Shown piece by piece: positions 48,142 to 62,100 of a DNA stretch of 64,000 nucleotides. A program made the position numbers and the translations under genes. Under the pieces are notes generated by a model. It was not told the origin of the DNA, searched no databases, and saw only the letters and a program-made list of their open reading frames with translations. Origin of the DNA: Spizellomyces punctatus DAOM BR117 (lineage: Eukaryota); assembly GCA_000182565.2 (NCBI GenBank), contig KQ257460.1. One strand, written 5' to 3'. Each line of letters opens with the position of its first letter. Position 1 is the first letter of the stretch.

Positions 48142-50482
48142 ATGCTGCATTTTCAAGACCTTCGGGACGCATTTGTACTTGTCTTTCTTGGCTGGCTCTC
48201 CTATCTGTTGTTCTGTCGCCTAATCTTCCCTACAAGCTCCGTCACTCCACCACGAGAAGTTCCCGCAACTGCGATAACAGCTAAACCTCGGCGAGTACTC
48301 TCAGCAGCCTTTCTACCTCGACGGACCCCAATTGCGAGTTCTTGCGGACCAGTCTCTGGCAAGAAGAACCGGGAAAATGAGCCCACCAAGGTCGGAGAAG
48401 AGCATGCGTCGGCGGTGTTAGAAGGCATAAGATGTGGCAGGACTCGGGGCCCTCGTTTGCTACCACCAGAGTTACTCGAAATGGTCTTGTGAGCACTTAA
48501 AAGTCAAATATTCAGCAGACATTTGTCTGGCAAGTGTTGACCAGCGGTTTTGACTTTGTAGGCTTTTTGTGGACTATCAAGACCTTTCGTCTTGCCAACT
48601 CGTTTCCCGGTACTGGCACAGCGTCGCGAGTTGGCTCTTATACGGGACGCTCCTCCAAGTCCCCATAGGTTCACTCGAATTCATTCTGTCCATATCCAGC
48701 ATAACCTACGGCCACCTTGTAGCGGAATGCGACTTTCGGCACTTGCCCATCACTGATAAGCATATTCAAATGTTATGCGAAAACTGTCCCAACGTGCAAT
48801 GGCTGGATGTCAGTGGAACTTCTGTGACCGACAGTGCAGTGGAAATGATTGTAGATAGACTGCAACGGTTGGAGTATCTGTTTGTGGTGTGTGCCGATGT
48901 GGTGTGCTCAAATGACATTTGCACTAAAACGATTTGATGGCTACCATTAGAACTTTTGTGAAGAGGTAACGGCGGAAATCATGCCTGTTCTCCGCCGACG
49001 CATGCGATGGAGGGGGTTGGGATTGATGGGAATAAAATTTAGGGATTTGGATGATCATTTGGACGGCTTGATCATGGAGAATTCAGGATTGGAAGGTCTT
49101 TATCTTAGTGGGACGGTACGTGACGGGCTTGGTACCTGACGATAGAATGTCCGTCAATGGCTAATGCTTTCAACATAGAGTGACCGAAGTCAAGGTATCA
49201 CTTCTCGTTCCATTCGGACGATTGCGCATCACACACCTCGCCTTCAAGCGTTCGGCATGGGGTTATGTGACGACGCTGGACCAGAGGAATTTGTGGAAGT
49301 CGTCAAAAATTGTCCACCTTTCCAAGAATTGCTTTTGGAAGATTGTATTGGTTTAAATGATTCAGTTGTATCGATTTTGGCGGAACGGCATTGGGAAAGT
49401 CTACGTACTGTGTCACTCAGTGGATGCAGAAACGCCACCACGAGAGGGTTATCCTTCCTTTTTCAGAAATGCCAATTATTGAGAGAAATATACATGGTAG
49501 GTTGATGCACATTACTGTTTTGAACGATCATAGCGCTCACCTGCATTGAATTCAGGACACAACACAGCTGGATCATGAAGCTGTCAAAGTTCTGGTGGAG
49601 CATTGTCCCCATGTAAGATGTTTACGCATGGGGCAATGTCCAGAAATAGAAAACGATAGCATTGTGCTAGCGCTCCAGCGCCTACCTAAGCTGGAAGACC
49701 TAGTAGTTGGATACTCGGACAGGATCACCGATACTTGGATCGAGGAACTGGCTGCGGGCACTAAAGGCTGTGGCACGCAGGAACTGACTCCCGAAAGTAT
49801 CAGGTGCGACACGACAATCAGTGAACGGAGCGAATCGGTGCAAGTTCTTTCGTCGTATGACGATGCCGCGGTTACTACAGATACAACGTTGTCCTTGGTG
49901 AATGACCGTTCACATCTCTCTTTAAAACCCTCGGCCCGCAAGTTCCCGAATTTGGAAGTGCTCTGTCTGAACCGGACGGTGTTGCACTCATCGTCGATAA
50001 CCCTCATTGTTTCACTCTTTCCAAACCTCTGGAAGCTGTATTTGGAAGGTTGTGATATTGGCGATGATGGTATTAGAGCGTTGGCTGCTACTGAAGAAGT
50101 GGTACACGAGGATCACATTCGCACCGAATCAAGCGCCGGCAGCATGATAGATAAACGATCTCTGTCCTCTGTTGTTCCAAAGTTATCGGTCTTGGAGGTC
50201 CTTAACCTATGTGAGGTTACCATTGCGCAAAAGCAAACGGTGCAGGTACTCTTGAGTACATTGAAGACGCTGCGCGTTGTCGAAATTGTCGGATGCGGGC
50301 TTCCCATGGACGATGTTGTCTCTTTACGACAAGAGTTCTCAGGTGTTGATCTTGTTTTTGATGACGATGAAAGTTTGGTGGTGCTGGAATTAGATGACAC
50401 TGGTGATGCTGTGGGCGCTGAATCAGAGGCAGATTCCGAGGACGATGCCGATGCACCAGAGAATGGGGATGGGGAAATGTAG
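48142..50482 (+). CDS. F-box/LRR (FBXL-type) protein with an N-terminal hydrophobic helix
   Basis: F-box LLPPELLEMV/LLFVDYQDLSSCQLVSRYW. Cys-containing LRRs such as CPNVQWLDVSGTSVTD, LRTVSLSGCRNAT and CPHVRCLRMGQC. Acidic tail. Confidence 0.82.
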
Positions 50483-51033
50483 ATGGAGGTTCTGTTGCTG
50501 TGTACGTTTTTTCTTTACTGTATATTATTTTCTCTTAGTTTTTTGGAAGGGTTTGGGAGTGTAGTGGTCGACGGTATCTGGTCGGAATACTTTAGGGTCC
50601 GATTAATAGGCTGTAGCATACTATGGCGATGCAGGAGTTTTTGAAATTTTAAAGAACGTTAGAATTTCCAACTCGTTAAACCATACTTGGGATATAGCAG
50701 TTGAGTGGCACGTTGGGTCTGCTTCTCACTGCAAGAAATGCAACACAAATAAGCCTATTGGTTGAATACTTTTGCTCATTGCCGACATGCCGATTTCAGT
50801 AGTAGAATACACCGACAAAGCATGATAGAAACCGTGGATAATAAGAAGTAAATGTGTTACTTAACAATACTAGAGTGCCTATTCCATCTTTTCTGTCTTT
50901 TATAATTGCTAATCTGGTTGCTATAACCTACGCTTTTACTGAATTCTTTGTAATTTAGCGCCATGTGATATTCGGCGCTGACGATGGTATAAATTTTATG
51001 ATACCCTAGGTTCTAGCAAGAGTAATAGTCTCT

Positions 51034-52983
51034 CTAGGCATCAAAGGCATCCCAAAACACTTGGTTTTCGCTTCCGTCCAAGAGGCGTGTGACGGGCAGC
51101 GTCGCAGGACGCTCATACTTTTTGATATATTCCTAAAAACAACAGGCGTTTGCATGAGAAAGGAAGGTGAGAAGACAAAAAAAATGAGCCCTAAAGATTC
51201 TATACTCACCAGAGCATATTGCATTGAGCGACGACGTTCTTCCTTGTCGGCTCCTTTGCCCACCCAAACAAAGACTAAGGAGACAGCGTAACCTTGCGTT
51301 AGATAAAAACAAGATGAAATAGTCTGGCGCGCACCCACCCTCTGGTCCACAATCAAACACAAAGACATCATCTGATTTCAGCTGGCTCTTGCTCACATTG
51401 CCTTTGGCTTCTTGAGTAAACTCGAGTGGTCCGCTCGCATTAGAGAGCCTGAAGAGGAGCTTTTCAAATGATGAAATGCTACTCAATGTGCGCGTCTCGC
51501 CTTCTGCAGCGGACGCAATCGGACCAGTCTTTCCACCCAGATGCCCGTAGAAGATGTTGACATCAGCATCGGTCTCGTCTATCAGTTGTAGAGTCAGCAA
51601 GGACGGTCTGACTGTTTCCGCGCGTTTTAAAGTTTTAATTATGATCTCAAACTCACCAAAGACAGACACCTTGGCATCCTTCCTCTCGTCGTCCAATTTG
51701 CGCACATACTCTGCAGCCTTGTTCCTCTCTACACCACTAGCCTTCGAGCCATTCCACTGAAGAATCTCTTTGCCGAGATCAAGAACAAAGACGTCCCCAG
51801 AGTTCAGGCTGTTCATTGAGACCGGCACCTGCTTAACGAGCAGCGTGTGGATAGGCCTGGTCTTTGGAAGACGAGGAACGGTGGGGGGAATCGAGTAGAT
51901 GTGCAGCAGACGAGGCTGGAACGATTGGGCATTTGTCTCGACATGGCGGAAACCAGTTTCTGTGCCGCCTTCCAGAATCTGGAAGACCTATGATGGGACA
52001 TGAGTTGATGAATGTTTTGATTTGTGATAAAGGACATTTCGGTGCAAGCTTTACCTTGAAGTAGGACAGAAACAACAGAGATTCAAAGCCTTGGATCTGA
52101 GAAAGGATCAGCAAGAGATACAATGGAAAAAGAAATTTGATTTCTACAACTCCCAACCTCGCGGTGCTGGACAGGCGTTGTTCCCAAATCTGCAAAGAGG
52201 TAATGTGAGCTAAAGACAGTGCATGCGGCAATGAAATGTCGTACGCACAATCATCAAGCTCAACGGTCTTGTATGCAGCAGTCCCGGCTTCATCCTTTGA
52301 TTTTACCATGAGACATTTATAGGTGCTACTTGCATATAAGGCTCGACTTACTTGGGTGGTTTCGAGTCCTAACCAAAAGTGGATGTCGTGCCGCAGTGCA
52401 TCAGAATTGGGGAGCTTGTAGGTCTATTGCATATCATATGAGTACTTGCATCTAAGGATATGAGAAGCAGCGCTATGGGCGGCCTGCACTTACATTCAAC
52501 ACAATGTACGAATCACCTGGAACAAAACACTTGAGGTTGGTAGATGAGGATTTCATAATTTGGAACAATGGACATACCAGTGTGAAATTTTCCATAATCA
52601 GTCTCAGGCCAAGGGACAACTTTGAATTGCTCAATTCTCCAAACTTTGAGGCCACTAAAATGTAGAGTAATAACGGAACATTAGAGCATGTTCAATCACA
52701 AAAGATGAAATAGTCAACGTACGGCTTCTTGCCAGCGCCTTCCCAAGCCTTTTCCGTTTGAGCTGCTTCAAGACGGACCTTCTTTTCGAGCTTTAATGAA
52801 CACATTAATTAGTCTATTTCTTGTTAGCGCTCGTCATGGCACCAAAGAAAAAAGTACCTCGGTTCCGAGACCGGCAATATTAGTTTCGCTCAAATCTTGC
52901 AAACAAATTAACAGAATAAGCAAACGTATGCATTTATTCTTTAGCGATATAAAGTAATTACCTAGAGTAGGAGATTTCTTCAT
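51034..52983 (-). CDS. Three-domain gelsolin-family actin-severing protein (severin/fragmin-like), about 13 exons
   Basis: ETNIAGLGTE/LEKKVRLEAAQTEKAW, GLKVWRIEQFKVVP, GDSYIVLN, DIHFWLG, DEAGTAAYKTVELDD, LNSGDVFVLD, DDVFVFDCG, VFVWVGKGA, FWDAFDA*. Confidence 0.93.
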
Positions 52984-55100
52984 TTTTGAAAGGTTGCGAA
53001 ACTAGCGATAAAGTGCAATACTTGAAAGAAGGAGGAGGAAGAACGAAAAGCTCTAGAGATTTTAAACAAGAGCGAAACCCTCGCCTTCCAGACGCGTTCG
53101 CTCGAGTTGTGGCGCGTCGTGCGGCATTCAAAGTCTTTTTGGACTTTGTTTACAAGACTATATAGTGTTTGTTGGAAGCTGAGGATGTCAACTTTATTGT
53201 TTATGACCCTCAAGTATACGCTTATTGGGATCTACGCAACAAGAATGCAGTGAGCATCGCTTGTGTAGAGCAAACGCCCACGCACTGAATGCGAGTTGCA
53301 GCAGCAGTACGAGTGCCGCACACATGAAAGTGGATTGTAGCAAATTACGCGGGTTCAGAGAAAGTCAAACTAAAAGAGCATTTACGGTGGTGTATCTGCA
53401 TACATTGAGCATAGAGTGGTGTATGTGCAGACATATTGAATTGCATGGCAAGTTCTTTCATGCGTGGAATTTCATGCCCAGTTGATGCTACGGAGATTGC
53501 TTGGATTTAGGCATACATGCGATGTACAACTCATCTCCATTATTAATTTTCAATTCTTCTACTCTCTTTTTCAGCAGGTTCAATGTTATCAAAACCATTC
53601 AATCCTTTCAGGTGACAACTTGTAATGTTCAGCATTCTCCAATCTTCATATCTTTTTAATAAAGTGATGGGACAAGCATAAATAGTGTCGGGTGAGAGGA
53701 GCATCATCTTGCCAATCTTCTCGCGTTCCATCTGGTAAAAGGTGCACTAGATCTTTCCAGTTGGGGCCGAGGTGATGCAGAGTTGGCACTGGGTGATATG
53801 CCTGCCAATCGGCACTGACGAGATATCTTAGTGGGAATACTTCTGTGGATCACAAGTTTGTCTGCTTTCTCACATTGTCATTTGATCGATGCTTTCATAT
53901 CACTTTATGCCGACGAGCACCTGCATAAAGTGTGATCAACAAGAGCATTTTTGGCACATGGACATTTGTTCTTGTGCTGCACATCATGTCCTTTTCTTCT
54001 GCAAGAATCGCTGATGAGTGTCCGTGAGCCAATCTGCATTATCACGTGCCGCGTGCATTCAAAAGTTAACCACATTACAACCTGGACTCAACCATGGACC
54101 ACGAATGTGGTTTAGGGTCCAGGGTTCCCCCATCCCCACATCCAGAAGAGTATGTTTATGGGTTGTTCATGAGTTTGTGCGTAGTTTATAACAATATCAT
54201 TTTCATACTCTAAGTCTTTGCAACATCCAGTTGTTACCAGACTGCGTACAAAAGTATGTTTATTAGCTGTACAGTCAGCTTACATTTCCGATAGTCCTAA
54301 GCATTAAATACCAATCTCCCGATGATCTTTGTCCAAAATCGTGAATGTTTTACTGTGTTTGTAAATCGCTCGATCCGATCCTTTGCATAAAGAAAATGCT
54401 CCGTGAATCGGAGCCATCGTGTGGGGCACAACTCTAATCCAGATTGGAGGTAACGGAAATCGTTCTCGTGGTGACAATGTGATTGTATCCCTCCCGATTG
54501 TCCATCCCCAAAACCAATTCCGCGGAGGTTTATTATATTGTTCGTCGTTTTCTAAATCGCCGCACTGTCGGTGTTTGGCCGGAGGGGATCGGCCGCCAGC
54601 GTCCCAAAGCAAAGCGCCGCATAGAAAAACAAATAGTACATCACCATGAGCCGAGGTCGGGGCCCGGGCCCATCCAGGCCTTCGGTCACGCCAGAGGATC
54701 CAAGCGAACCACGACTTCCCGCTCACTAGGATCCAAAGGGACCACTACCGATTTAGGATCATGACAAAATTAAATATATTAGTTAAGCGGATGATTCGTG
54801 GCGCTATTCTCTCGTCTGGAACCATTGGATGACCACCGGAGTTGAGCCGGCTTACATCCTCTGGAAGCTCGATGGGGGCTGGACCCCGTCCTACGAAAAA
54901 GCCTTGGACTTGCAATGTTTTTGTCAAAGGCCTCGGTTACGGGCGTTTGTCATTGGCGTCAAGAAAATGCGGAGCTTTATGTTGGGCCCGTTTTTGGAAC
55001 ATGTGCTTTGACGAGGCTACTTAAAGACAAGCGTATCGCCCTGACCCCCCGTCTGTGGAGGTTTCTTTTGGCTGGTCGTTTTTCTATGCAGGTTCCTATC

Positions 55101-56449
55101 ATGGTTCGTCAGTCCATGGAAATGCTTTCGTCCGGTGTGCAAGCTACGTCTCCGCCAGTGGGCTCCACAGTGCGGTGAGACCTCTTGTATCATGTTTTTG
55201 ATCGTGTTTGGCAGTCATGGTGCAGAGAGTACGAAATATGCCTTTTCGCGCGCTGAGACTGCAAACAACGAGTGCAATTGGAATATGCTAAATGATTCAT
55301 ATGCATTTCACAGGATGGAGAATCGCGTGGGGCTACACCAAGATGATGACTGGACATATGAACTGATTGTGCGTCAGCAACCTATTCGAGCACGAATGTG
55401 CGGATTTGCGAAAACTTTGGAGCGTCGATTAATGTACGTTCCTAAATTTTATCTTGAAAGTCAACGTGATTCCTAGGCCTCCTGCTCATTGTTTTGGTTT
55501 TGTGCCCTTGCATTCAGTGACCCTCCACCAATATTAGAACTCATTCAGAGCAGAGGCGGTGTGCCGGTTGGTGTTGAGTAAGTCAGCTTGGCGTCATTTG
55601 ATTGCTGTGTTCGGAACTTGGCGTCTAATGCCAATTCATTTAGCTACGAAAATGGCACTGCATTCATATGCCATGCGAGTCTTCGTGCCGAAGACGGTGA
55701 GACAGATCGCTCCTTTGTCGTTCGGTCTCTCAACCCACCAGAAGACTATCGAGCGGATGCCCAGAAAATGACCAGGCGTCCATCGCTCGATTACCCAGCA
55801 TACGCATCAAACTCTCACCGGCCTGCTTACCGATCACCACCCTCGACAACCGCCACGGCATCACCACAGGAAACATCGACACCTGATGAGACAGTGTACA
55901 AGACATTGGTTGGAGGGGTCGTCGTACCATGCTGTGAGTGTGCACGGTGCATTATTGCTACTCAGATTTCTGACTGGTTGCGATTTACTAGCGTTCCTTC
56001 ACGACCTTCAAGGCCGCCCAGGAATGTACTTTGTATTCCACGATCTCAATATACGGACAAGAGGAATATACCGGTTACATTTCGCAGTCATGAGCCTGAA
56101 GGGGTAAGTGTAGTGTGCGGTGCGTGGAGCTGTAAAGGGCTTACCTCATCGCTCCATGCAGATACCTACCAATGTCCCGTGCGATGGCCACCGTTGTGAG
56201 CGAACCATTCGAGGTTTTCACACCCGCTTTCTTTCCCGGTACAATGGGTATGTAGTACACTGTTTTTGCACTCTAGTTTTGCGGTATAATAAATGCTGCC
56301 TGGTTTTCATAGAGTCAACGGAGCTTTCGCGAGCGTTCGCTCGCCAAGGGGTCCCAATACATTTGCGGCAAGACTACTCGGCAATACGACTCCAACCGTT
56401 TCACAAGCCAAAGCGAGCGGCCGCAGAGAATAATGGCGCGGAAGAGTAA
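55101..56449 (+). CDS. Velvet-domain transcription factor, multi-exon; start uncertain
   Basis: YELIVRQQPIRARMCGF..ERRL/IDPPPILEL, FICHASL, TLVG, LHDLQGRPGMYFVFHDLNIRTRGIYRLHF, SEPFEVFTPAFFPG, STELSRAFARQGVPIHLR. Confidence 0.92.
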
Positions 56450-56946
56450 TATGGGCGCAAAAACAACCTTCTGGAAGGACTGTGAAGCAGTGTGCAATCT
56501 TATACCAACCTACCGCACGACTTTACAGCCATTTCCATGCGACCGCAATAGACTTTGTAGATATTTTTGAAATATTTCTCGGTTGCGCTGGGGGATATGG
56601 CTTTTTTCTTTGTGTTTTCCTTGTAAATGTTTAATAGCAATTGTATTGAGTTTGTTGAATTGAACCAGCGCTTCCTGCACGTGACTATTGATGACATAAG
56701 CAAAGCCAGTGGCCTGATGTCCGATTTCAGTCGTTGACGCGGTTCGCGTTTGAAGCGATACGGTGAAAGACGAGCGAGCGTTTAAAGCCTTTTTAAAGAC
56801 CGTCGTAGCCTCCCGCAAGGTTATGGAGAAGGCAATCTCTGCGAGGCATGGCTTTCGTCGTTCATCCTCGTTTAGGGCGAGGCGTACTGTACCTGCATTA
56901 CTTGAGCGATGGAACGTTATGCGCTGTTGATTTGCAGGCAGGAAAT

Positions 56947-56956
56947 ATCACGCCAT
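56947..56956 (+). promoter_or_regulatory. SRE-like element upstream of ERG25
   Basis: ATCACGCCAT fits the SREBP consensus RTCACSCCAY, about 410 nt before the ATG. A TATA-like TATATAAA lies near 57153. Confidence 0.4.
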
Positions 56957-57368
56957 CAGCGTTTCTTTCATCTGTCGCCAAACGCGTGGTAGAAAGCACA
57001 CGCGATCTCCCCTCCTACAAGGAGTCAAGGATGAGGGTTTCGCTGCCTTTCCACCCGTTTTGACTCTTGGTGGTCACTCTCGATGAACCACAGCCAATCG
57101 TTAATGCCTTTGTCCTAACCTTTTAGCTGTCAGTGTGAGCCACATTTAATCATATATAAACTTTACCCACCACCATCCCACCCCCTTGCATTTGGCAATA
57201 TAAAAGCCAGATTCAAGGAGTTTCTGATCCTGCTTCCGCTCCTTCTTTTCTTCGCACACCTTTTTTTGAACCGTCCTGCTCCATCGCTCTCCTGGTTGAC
57301 CAGAGCACAAGGAGCAAGTGACATTCTCTTTGCACTTACCGTGTAACTCCCCCACGCAAATCGCACAT

Positions 57369-58583
57369 ATGTCGCTGCATAGACCAGTAGGAGCTAGTTT
57401 CAACGCCAGGTAGAATAAATGCTCTCATCCAACTTTTGGTAGTTTTACACACGTTTCCTCATCCTGCTACTCTGAGCAGTTCGGCACACTATACCCCAAC
57501 CTACTTGGAACGCCAATGGGTTGGCCTATTTGAAAATGCATCCCATCCAGCTCTTAAACTCGCACTTGTCCTCTTCATCTGGCACGAGGTGGTGTTTTTC
57601 GGACGGTTCTTGCCTTACTACATCATGGATCAAATACCGTTCTTCAAAAAATGGAAGATTCAGGAAGTACGTACCGACGATAACGGGATCCACCAGACAT
57701 GAGCAGCTTGCTGATCCTACATTATTAGAACAAGGAGAACACTCCAGAGATGTACTGGAAATGCGTAAAGAGCGTCATTCAATCCCAATTGTTTGTCCAA
57801 CTTCCGATGATGCTATTATTTCATCCTACGGCAACGTGGTTGGGCATGCGCTTTTTGGAAGTCCCGTTTCCTTCATGGTGTGTATCAATGACACATACGA
57901 CTCGATAAAGATGAGCAAAAAATGCTCATGCATCAGTCATAATTAGGACGACCATTGCTCTTTCCTGCCTTTTCTGCCTCGTAGTAGAAGACTGTTATCA
58001 CTATTTTGCCCACCGATTGATGCACCACGGTCCATTCTACAAGTACATTCACAAGCTACATCACGAGTTTCAGGCCCCGTTCGGGATTGCAGCTGAATAT
58101 GCCCACCCGATTGAAGTGTTGGTTGTGGGACAGGGTTTCTTCATTGGACCTGTGGCGCTCCTGGCAATGGGTGTTGATATGCATGTGCTGACCATGGCCG
58201 TGTGGTTGGCCGTGCGGTTGATTGAAACTGTGGATGTACATGCAGGATATGACTTTCCATGGGTGAGAGTGTGCATGCATGCATCCAAATCATCTTACAG
58301 CTGCCTAATAATATTTTGACTTAACAGTCGATTCACAAGATTCTGCCCTTTTGGGGTGGTGCAGACTTCCATGACTACCACCACATGGCGTTCGTTGGTA
58401 CGTCCTATACTTGCACCTCTTTTCATCTCGTCTCAGTATTGTTAATTGTCTTTATCGTTAGGCAACTATTCATCTTCCTTCCGGTGGTGGGATTGGATCT
58501 TTGGCACGGATGCTGCCTACAACGTCTGGAAGGCCAAGCAACAGGAAAAGCCCAGATCAAAACAGGTTGTTAAGCAAGATTAG
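57369..58583 (+). CDS. ERG25: C-4 methylsterol oxidase, multi-exon
   Basis: [12 protein letters not shown], His boxes HYFAHR, HKLHH and HDYHH, plus [22 protein letters not shown] and [17 protein letters not shown]. Confidence 0.95.
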
Positions 58584-59167
58584 ATTGAATTAATATTTGT
58601 AGGGATGTTCCTACGTTTATTGTGCATAACTTTTGAAAAGTGGAGAATACTCAATTTATGATGTGCTGAAGAAATACGTATATAGTACCCAATTGCTACG
58701 CATAGATCACAGACGAGGTATCAGTAAAGTCTTTGATTCCCAAGCGACACCGACCGCTTGTTGGCCTTCCTATTGCATTGCCTAATGGCCATGAATATAG
58801 ACCTTTCAAATGCTACAATCTGTGGGTTGTAGCCTTTTATGTATGCAAAATGGCACTGTTCTGTGGAAAGAACTTCCATTGCGGTTGGGCCGACAGCCAT
58901 ATTGCCAATTGGTAATAGGGACTTTACAAATCGAACATGCATTGCTTTTGATTATACAAGGGTGAGATGCCACGCTAGGCCTCCTCCACCTGTTGCCGAA
59001 CGCAAATATACAAGCATTGGCATCCCCCTTCATGGGACCATTATCTCAATAAGACAACGACCCACCCTGCTATATACATACTGATTGATAATTGCGCAAA
59101 ATGAGAAAATACACCTAACATGCACTATCCACGGACTCGTATGTCGCCGTGGGAAGCCGGGACGATA

Positions 59168-62100
59168 TCAAACACGCCTCAACTGAAACGTTTCACTTGC
59201 CCATGGACGAACCACCTTTCCCCTCTTCGGTCTCGCCTCCTCTGTTAACTCTTCCGGACCAGTCAGAGCCTTCTGTTCAGGCTTCTTCAAACTGACTCCG
59301 CTCCCTTTTTGTCCCAAGCCAACGACGTCAAGCAACCTGCTGACTGTTCCACGATGCTGGGCCTTTAGCTGTTCGCTTTGAAGTTCCATAAACTTGATTT
59401 TGAGGCGGGTGAGATAAATGTCCACCTCTTCAATCCAATCGCGGATCTGCGTTTCCAGAGTTTCGATCACACGGTTGCGAATAAGCGTGTTCAAAAGAGG
59501 AGATAGAGCGGTGTAGAGAGTGCTGTTTGAGGCAGATGATGTATCAGAAGCCAGAAGTACATTAGGTTCATGGACTAGGTTCATGGACCAGCTACTTACT
59601 CATGCCTGGTATCATGCAGCTTCACTTTCAGCTGATCCACATAGATTTTGACGTCTTCCGGGACAAGTGTGCGCTCGGTGCTGTCCGTGTCCAGTGAGCA
59701 TCGAGTGGATATGGTAATGCCGTCTCCGCCGATCTAGCAAGATTGTTAGAAAATTACCAAAAACGCCTGTGACAGTGATACGTACAGCGACATCGGCTAC
59801 CCCCGCATCCTTAATTTTGGGGAAGCCAGACTTTTTGCGGTAGTAGAAGGGAATATCCTCTACAGTCGCTTGAATTTGATACCTGGAAAATTGCAAACGG
59901 CGGTGATTTAGACCCAATCGGAAGGTGTTGTGGCTTGCCGCTGCAGCATCGAAACTTACATGGCAACTGCGAACCCAGTGCTCAATCCCGACTTGGTCCG
60001 CCTTTTTTTGACACGTACGGGAATAACAGCATGGTTCTTGACCTATTCATTTTGATCAAAGTATTACTGACCGCCGAGGTAACGGTTTAAACCAGCTTCA
60101 TACCTCAATTTCCATCATTGCCGGCAAAAAGCTCTCGCTCTCCAACACCAGATCCTCCACGATTATATGCCAGTTTTCATCCTCGTGCTCAATGCGTGGG
60201 ATTGGGATATATTGAACTTGTTCCATGAGAGCCTTTGGCAAACCAAACAGATATTAGCAGAGACTGTAGTTAAATGAAACTCTTTTATCCACAGCTGTAC
60301 CGGAAAGAAGACGTACTAATATCGCCAGCAAGGCCGATTTGAACGTGTAGTTGCCTTGGNNNNNNNNNNNNNNNNNNNNNNNNNNNNNNNNNNNNNNNNN
60401 NNNNNNNNNNNNNNNNNNNNNNNNNNNNNNNNNNNNNNNNNNNNNNNNNNNNNNNNNNNTTAGCTCATCGCCTTTCAAAGCTTCCACAAAGTGTGCCAGC
60501 TCAGACGCAAGCCGCTCGGTGTCCCTTGCGTATTTCCTCAATAGCAGTTCGCGGGACCTGCGGATGAGATCCGCAGCACGATAGGTGTAGTCCTCATGGA
60601 CAACAAAATCATAATCTTCCAGGGAATCCCTCAAGAAACCGCGAATATCACGGAGAAGGTTCCGGAGCTCGAAATCAGTCTTCAGGCGGTCGGCAAAGAT
60701 GGTCAAAGAGGCGACGACACCGTCGAGCGGATAATTATTGGCAAAGCGTTCAATGAGAATCTAAAGAATGAGCAGAAATGTTATTAGCGCTCGTGAATGA
60801 ATCAAAGACTCTTATTTTCGGTCATACGAACCTTCAATGCACGTTGAGCTGCATACACATTGGCATCCGGAAACTCTTCCGGCTTATCTGCTGCAGCACG
60901 TTCAAGTTTACGCACGAGGGAAAGCACATACTCAAATGCATGCCGGTACTCGGGTTTTTCATGGGCTTGCAGTATGAGCCTACGGAGCATGCTTGCCAAT
61001 TCTTCACGCCTCTCTGGGTGCATTCCGTCCTGGCTGACAGCGATAACGCCTTGGCCTCGCTCGGGAGGAACGTATGCGGATACTTTATAAGGTTCAGCTT
61101 GCCGGGCTGCGGCGGCGCTATCGCGGTACGGTTCATTGCCGGATATCTGGCTGGTGCGCGTAGGCTCTTCGGCGCGGGTAGAGACCGTGGCAGTCGTCCG
61201 ATAACCCGAATCACGTCTTTCCACCTCCGTGTCCTTGGGGGTTTGGGTTTCTTCTGTAGTGGTGGCTAGAGGTGTGGCCAGGGGGCCCTGCTGCTGTTCC
61301 ACTGCTCCCTGTGGTTCATGATACTCTTCTTGCTCGGCTGCAGATTCCTGCCCTTGATATTCAGCACGACGTTCTTCAGGAACCGTCGGGTATTCTCCTC
61401 CTTTTTCGATGGTAGGGTTCGAGGGCCCGGGCATTTCTTGAAAGGCGGGTTCTGCACTGGCTTCCTCTACATAATTGCTGAAAAACACCAAGGATGTTCA
61501 ATTCTTTGCAGCCAATCAATCGAGGTAAAAGAAAAAAAATGCAGCACATACTTCAAACCGCGGTCGCCTCTGATGCCACCGGTTACTTCCTGAAAAAAGA
61601 GGTTAACTTCGAACAAGAGCTTCCGAAACTCGTTGTCCGTGATGATCAGACGTGCAACAGTGAGCATTTCATCGAAGGCTGACAGATCATCAATTTAGTA
61701 TGGATGCATTTTATCGCAAAAAAACAATAACAAATGACATGCCTCTTTTGCCCTCGTCACCAAGAACTTGAACGAAAAAAATCAGCATGAAGCATTTTTG
61801 GATACTGCTTCGTATTACTTACCGCCACCCTGTTGTTCTGCTCTGGTTTTGGCAGCCAAGCGAACATGCCAAACAAATCGTTGAATAACTTCGTCTCGAT
61901 TTTTAGTGTCAATCACCTCCTTCACATGTTGCAATAGCGACACAAAATCTTCCCAAGCCTTATGGCCTTCTTCGCTCAACAAATGCTTGCGCTTATTAAT
62001 GCTCTCGGACTCCAGAATCTTGTCAATCAAGGACATCAGCTGTTCATTCGTGGGAAGTTTACCCTCGCGAAGTGCTTCTATCGCCGAAAACAAGCGCAGA

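Noticed and set aside
7049-52983. Dynein, CM1 protein, gelsolin and RNF32 as a cytoskeletal gene cluster
   Set aside because: They are interspersed with unrelated housekeeping genes, and there is no evidence of co-regulation without synteny data.
53200-55050. Short ORFs between the gelsolin and velvet genes
   Set aside because: No recognisable motifs or coherent exon chain.
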